Made by a program: the position numbers and the translations under genes. Positions 53,315 to 53,550 of a DNA stretch of 53,550 bases are shown here, in pieces. Source of the stretch: a virus; the IMG/VR virus record IMGVR_UViG_3300035542_000019, one strand, 5' to 3'. Position 1 is the first letter of the stretch, and every line of letters begins with the position of its first letter. The notes beneath the pieces are model-generated. The model made no database searches. It was not told the DNA's origin and worked only from the letters and a program-made list of their open reading frames with translations.

Positions 53315-53550
53315 ATGCCAAAAGTAAAACTGCTTAAGCCGGTGACGTTTAACGGCGCCATCGTAGAAGCTGGGGAAGAAATCGAAGTAGCCGAAAGAAG
53401 CGCCGCGAGCCTGGTAGCCGACAAGGTAGCCGAGTATCTAGGCGAAAAAACGGCCGCGACGGTGGGTGTATCGGACGAAACGGTGGATAGTGGTACAACG
53501 GCTACCCCGGACGAGGAAAACGCGCCTACGGGCGAATCAGGCGCCAGTAA
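53315..53550 (+). CDS. 5-prime part of the wrap-around gene continuing at 1-282
   Basis: ATG with SD gaaagggg 8 nt upstream. The frame is open to the window end. 53438-53550 duplicates 1-113. Confidence 0.7.
   Translation, partial: MPKVKLLKPVTFNGAIVEAGEEIEVAERSAASLVADKVAEYLGEKTAATVGVSDETVDSGTTATPDEENAPTGESGAS
53438..53550. repeat. Terminal overlap identical to 1-113
   Basis: Exact 113-nt identity with the window start. Confidence 0.95.

Noticed and set aside
1-53550. tRNA, rRNA or other known RNA genes
   Set aside because: The only non-coding stretches longer than 100 nt are the two AT-rich elements, the intron, the promoter regions, the 50891-50992 gap and the terS leader. None showed a cloverleaf-like arrangement on inspection. 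A tRNAscan/Infernal run would be needed to be certain.

Overview
The window is one complete, circularly closed genome of a tailed dsDNA bacteriophage. Positions 1-113 recur exactly at 53438-53550, giving a 53,437-bp unit, and one gene (53315 -> 282) runs across the junction. All ~80 genes I can support are on the + strand and tightly packed (ATGA/TAATG overlaps). Almost all are preceded by the same G-run Shine-Dalgarno (AAGGGGGT). Three TTGAC/TTTAC-17-TATAAT promoters and the SD style point to a Gram-positive (Bacillota) host. I found no integrase, repressor, tRNA, rRNA or CRISPR array, so the phage looks virulent. Two homologous ~270-bp AT-rich elements (16581-16841 and 43131-43405) lie almost exactly half a genome apart and split the circle into two halves. 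The late half (43422 -> wrap -> 16576) carries a late regulator, a structured leader, TerS/TerL, portal, a MuF-like protein with an HExxH tail, scaffold, and decoration plus major capsid proteins. It continues with connectors, a PBSX-like contractile tail/baseplate module with a -1 frameshifted chaperone, a C1q-like tail fibre, an XhlA/endolysin/holin cassette and one moron-like gene. The early half (16955-43074) starts with orphan early genes, then Mre11/SbcD plus a Rad50/SbcC ATPase encoded in two pieces around an HNH-AP2 endonuclease. It also holds an Hjc/RecU-like resolvase, an SF2 helicase, a degenerate ThyX-like protein and an AEP primase-MCM helicase fusion. Its family A DNA polymerase is interrupted by a group I intron carrying an HNH endonuclease. 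MazG, a dNMP-kinase-like protein, a secreted 3D-domain protein and many small orphans complete the half. Genome-wide, the tetranucleotide GATC is completely absent on my manual read. Functional names come from motifs recognised by eye and from gene order; no database search or computation was possible.
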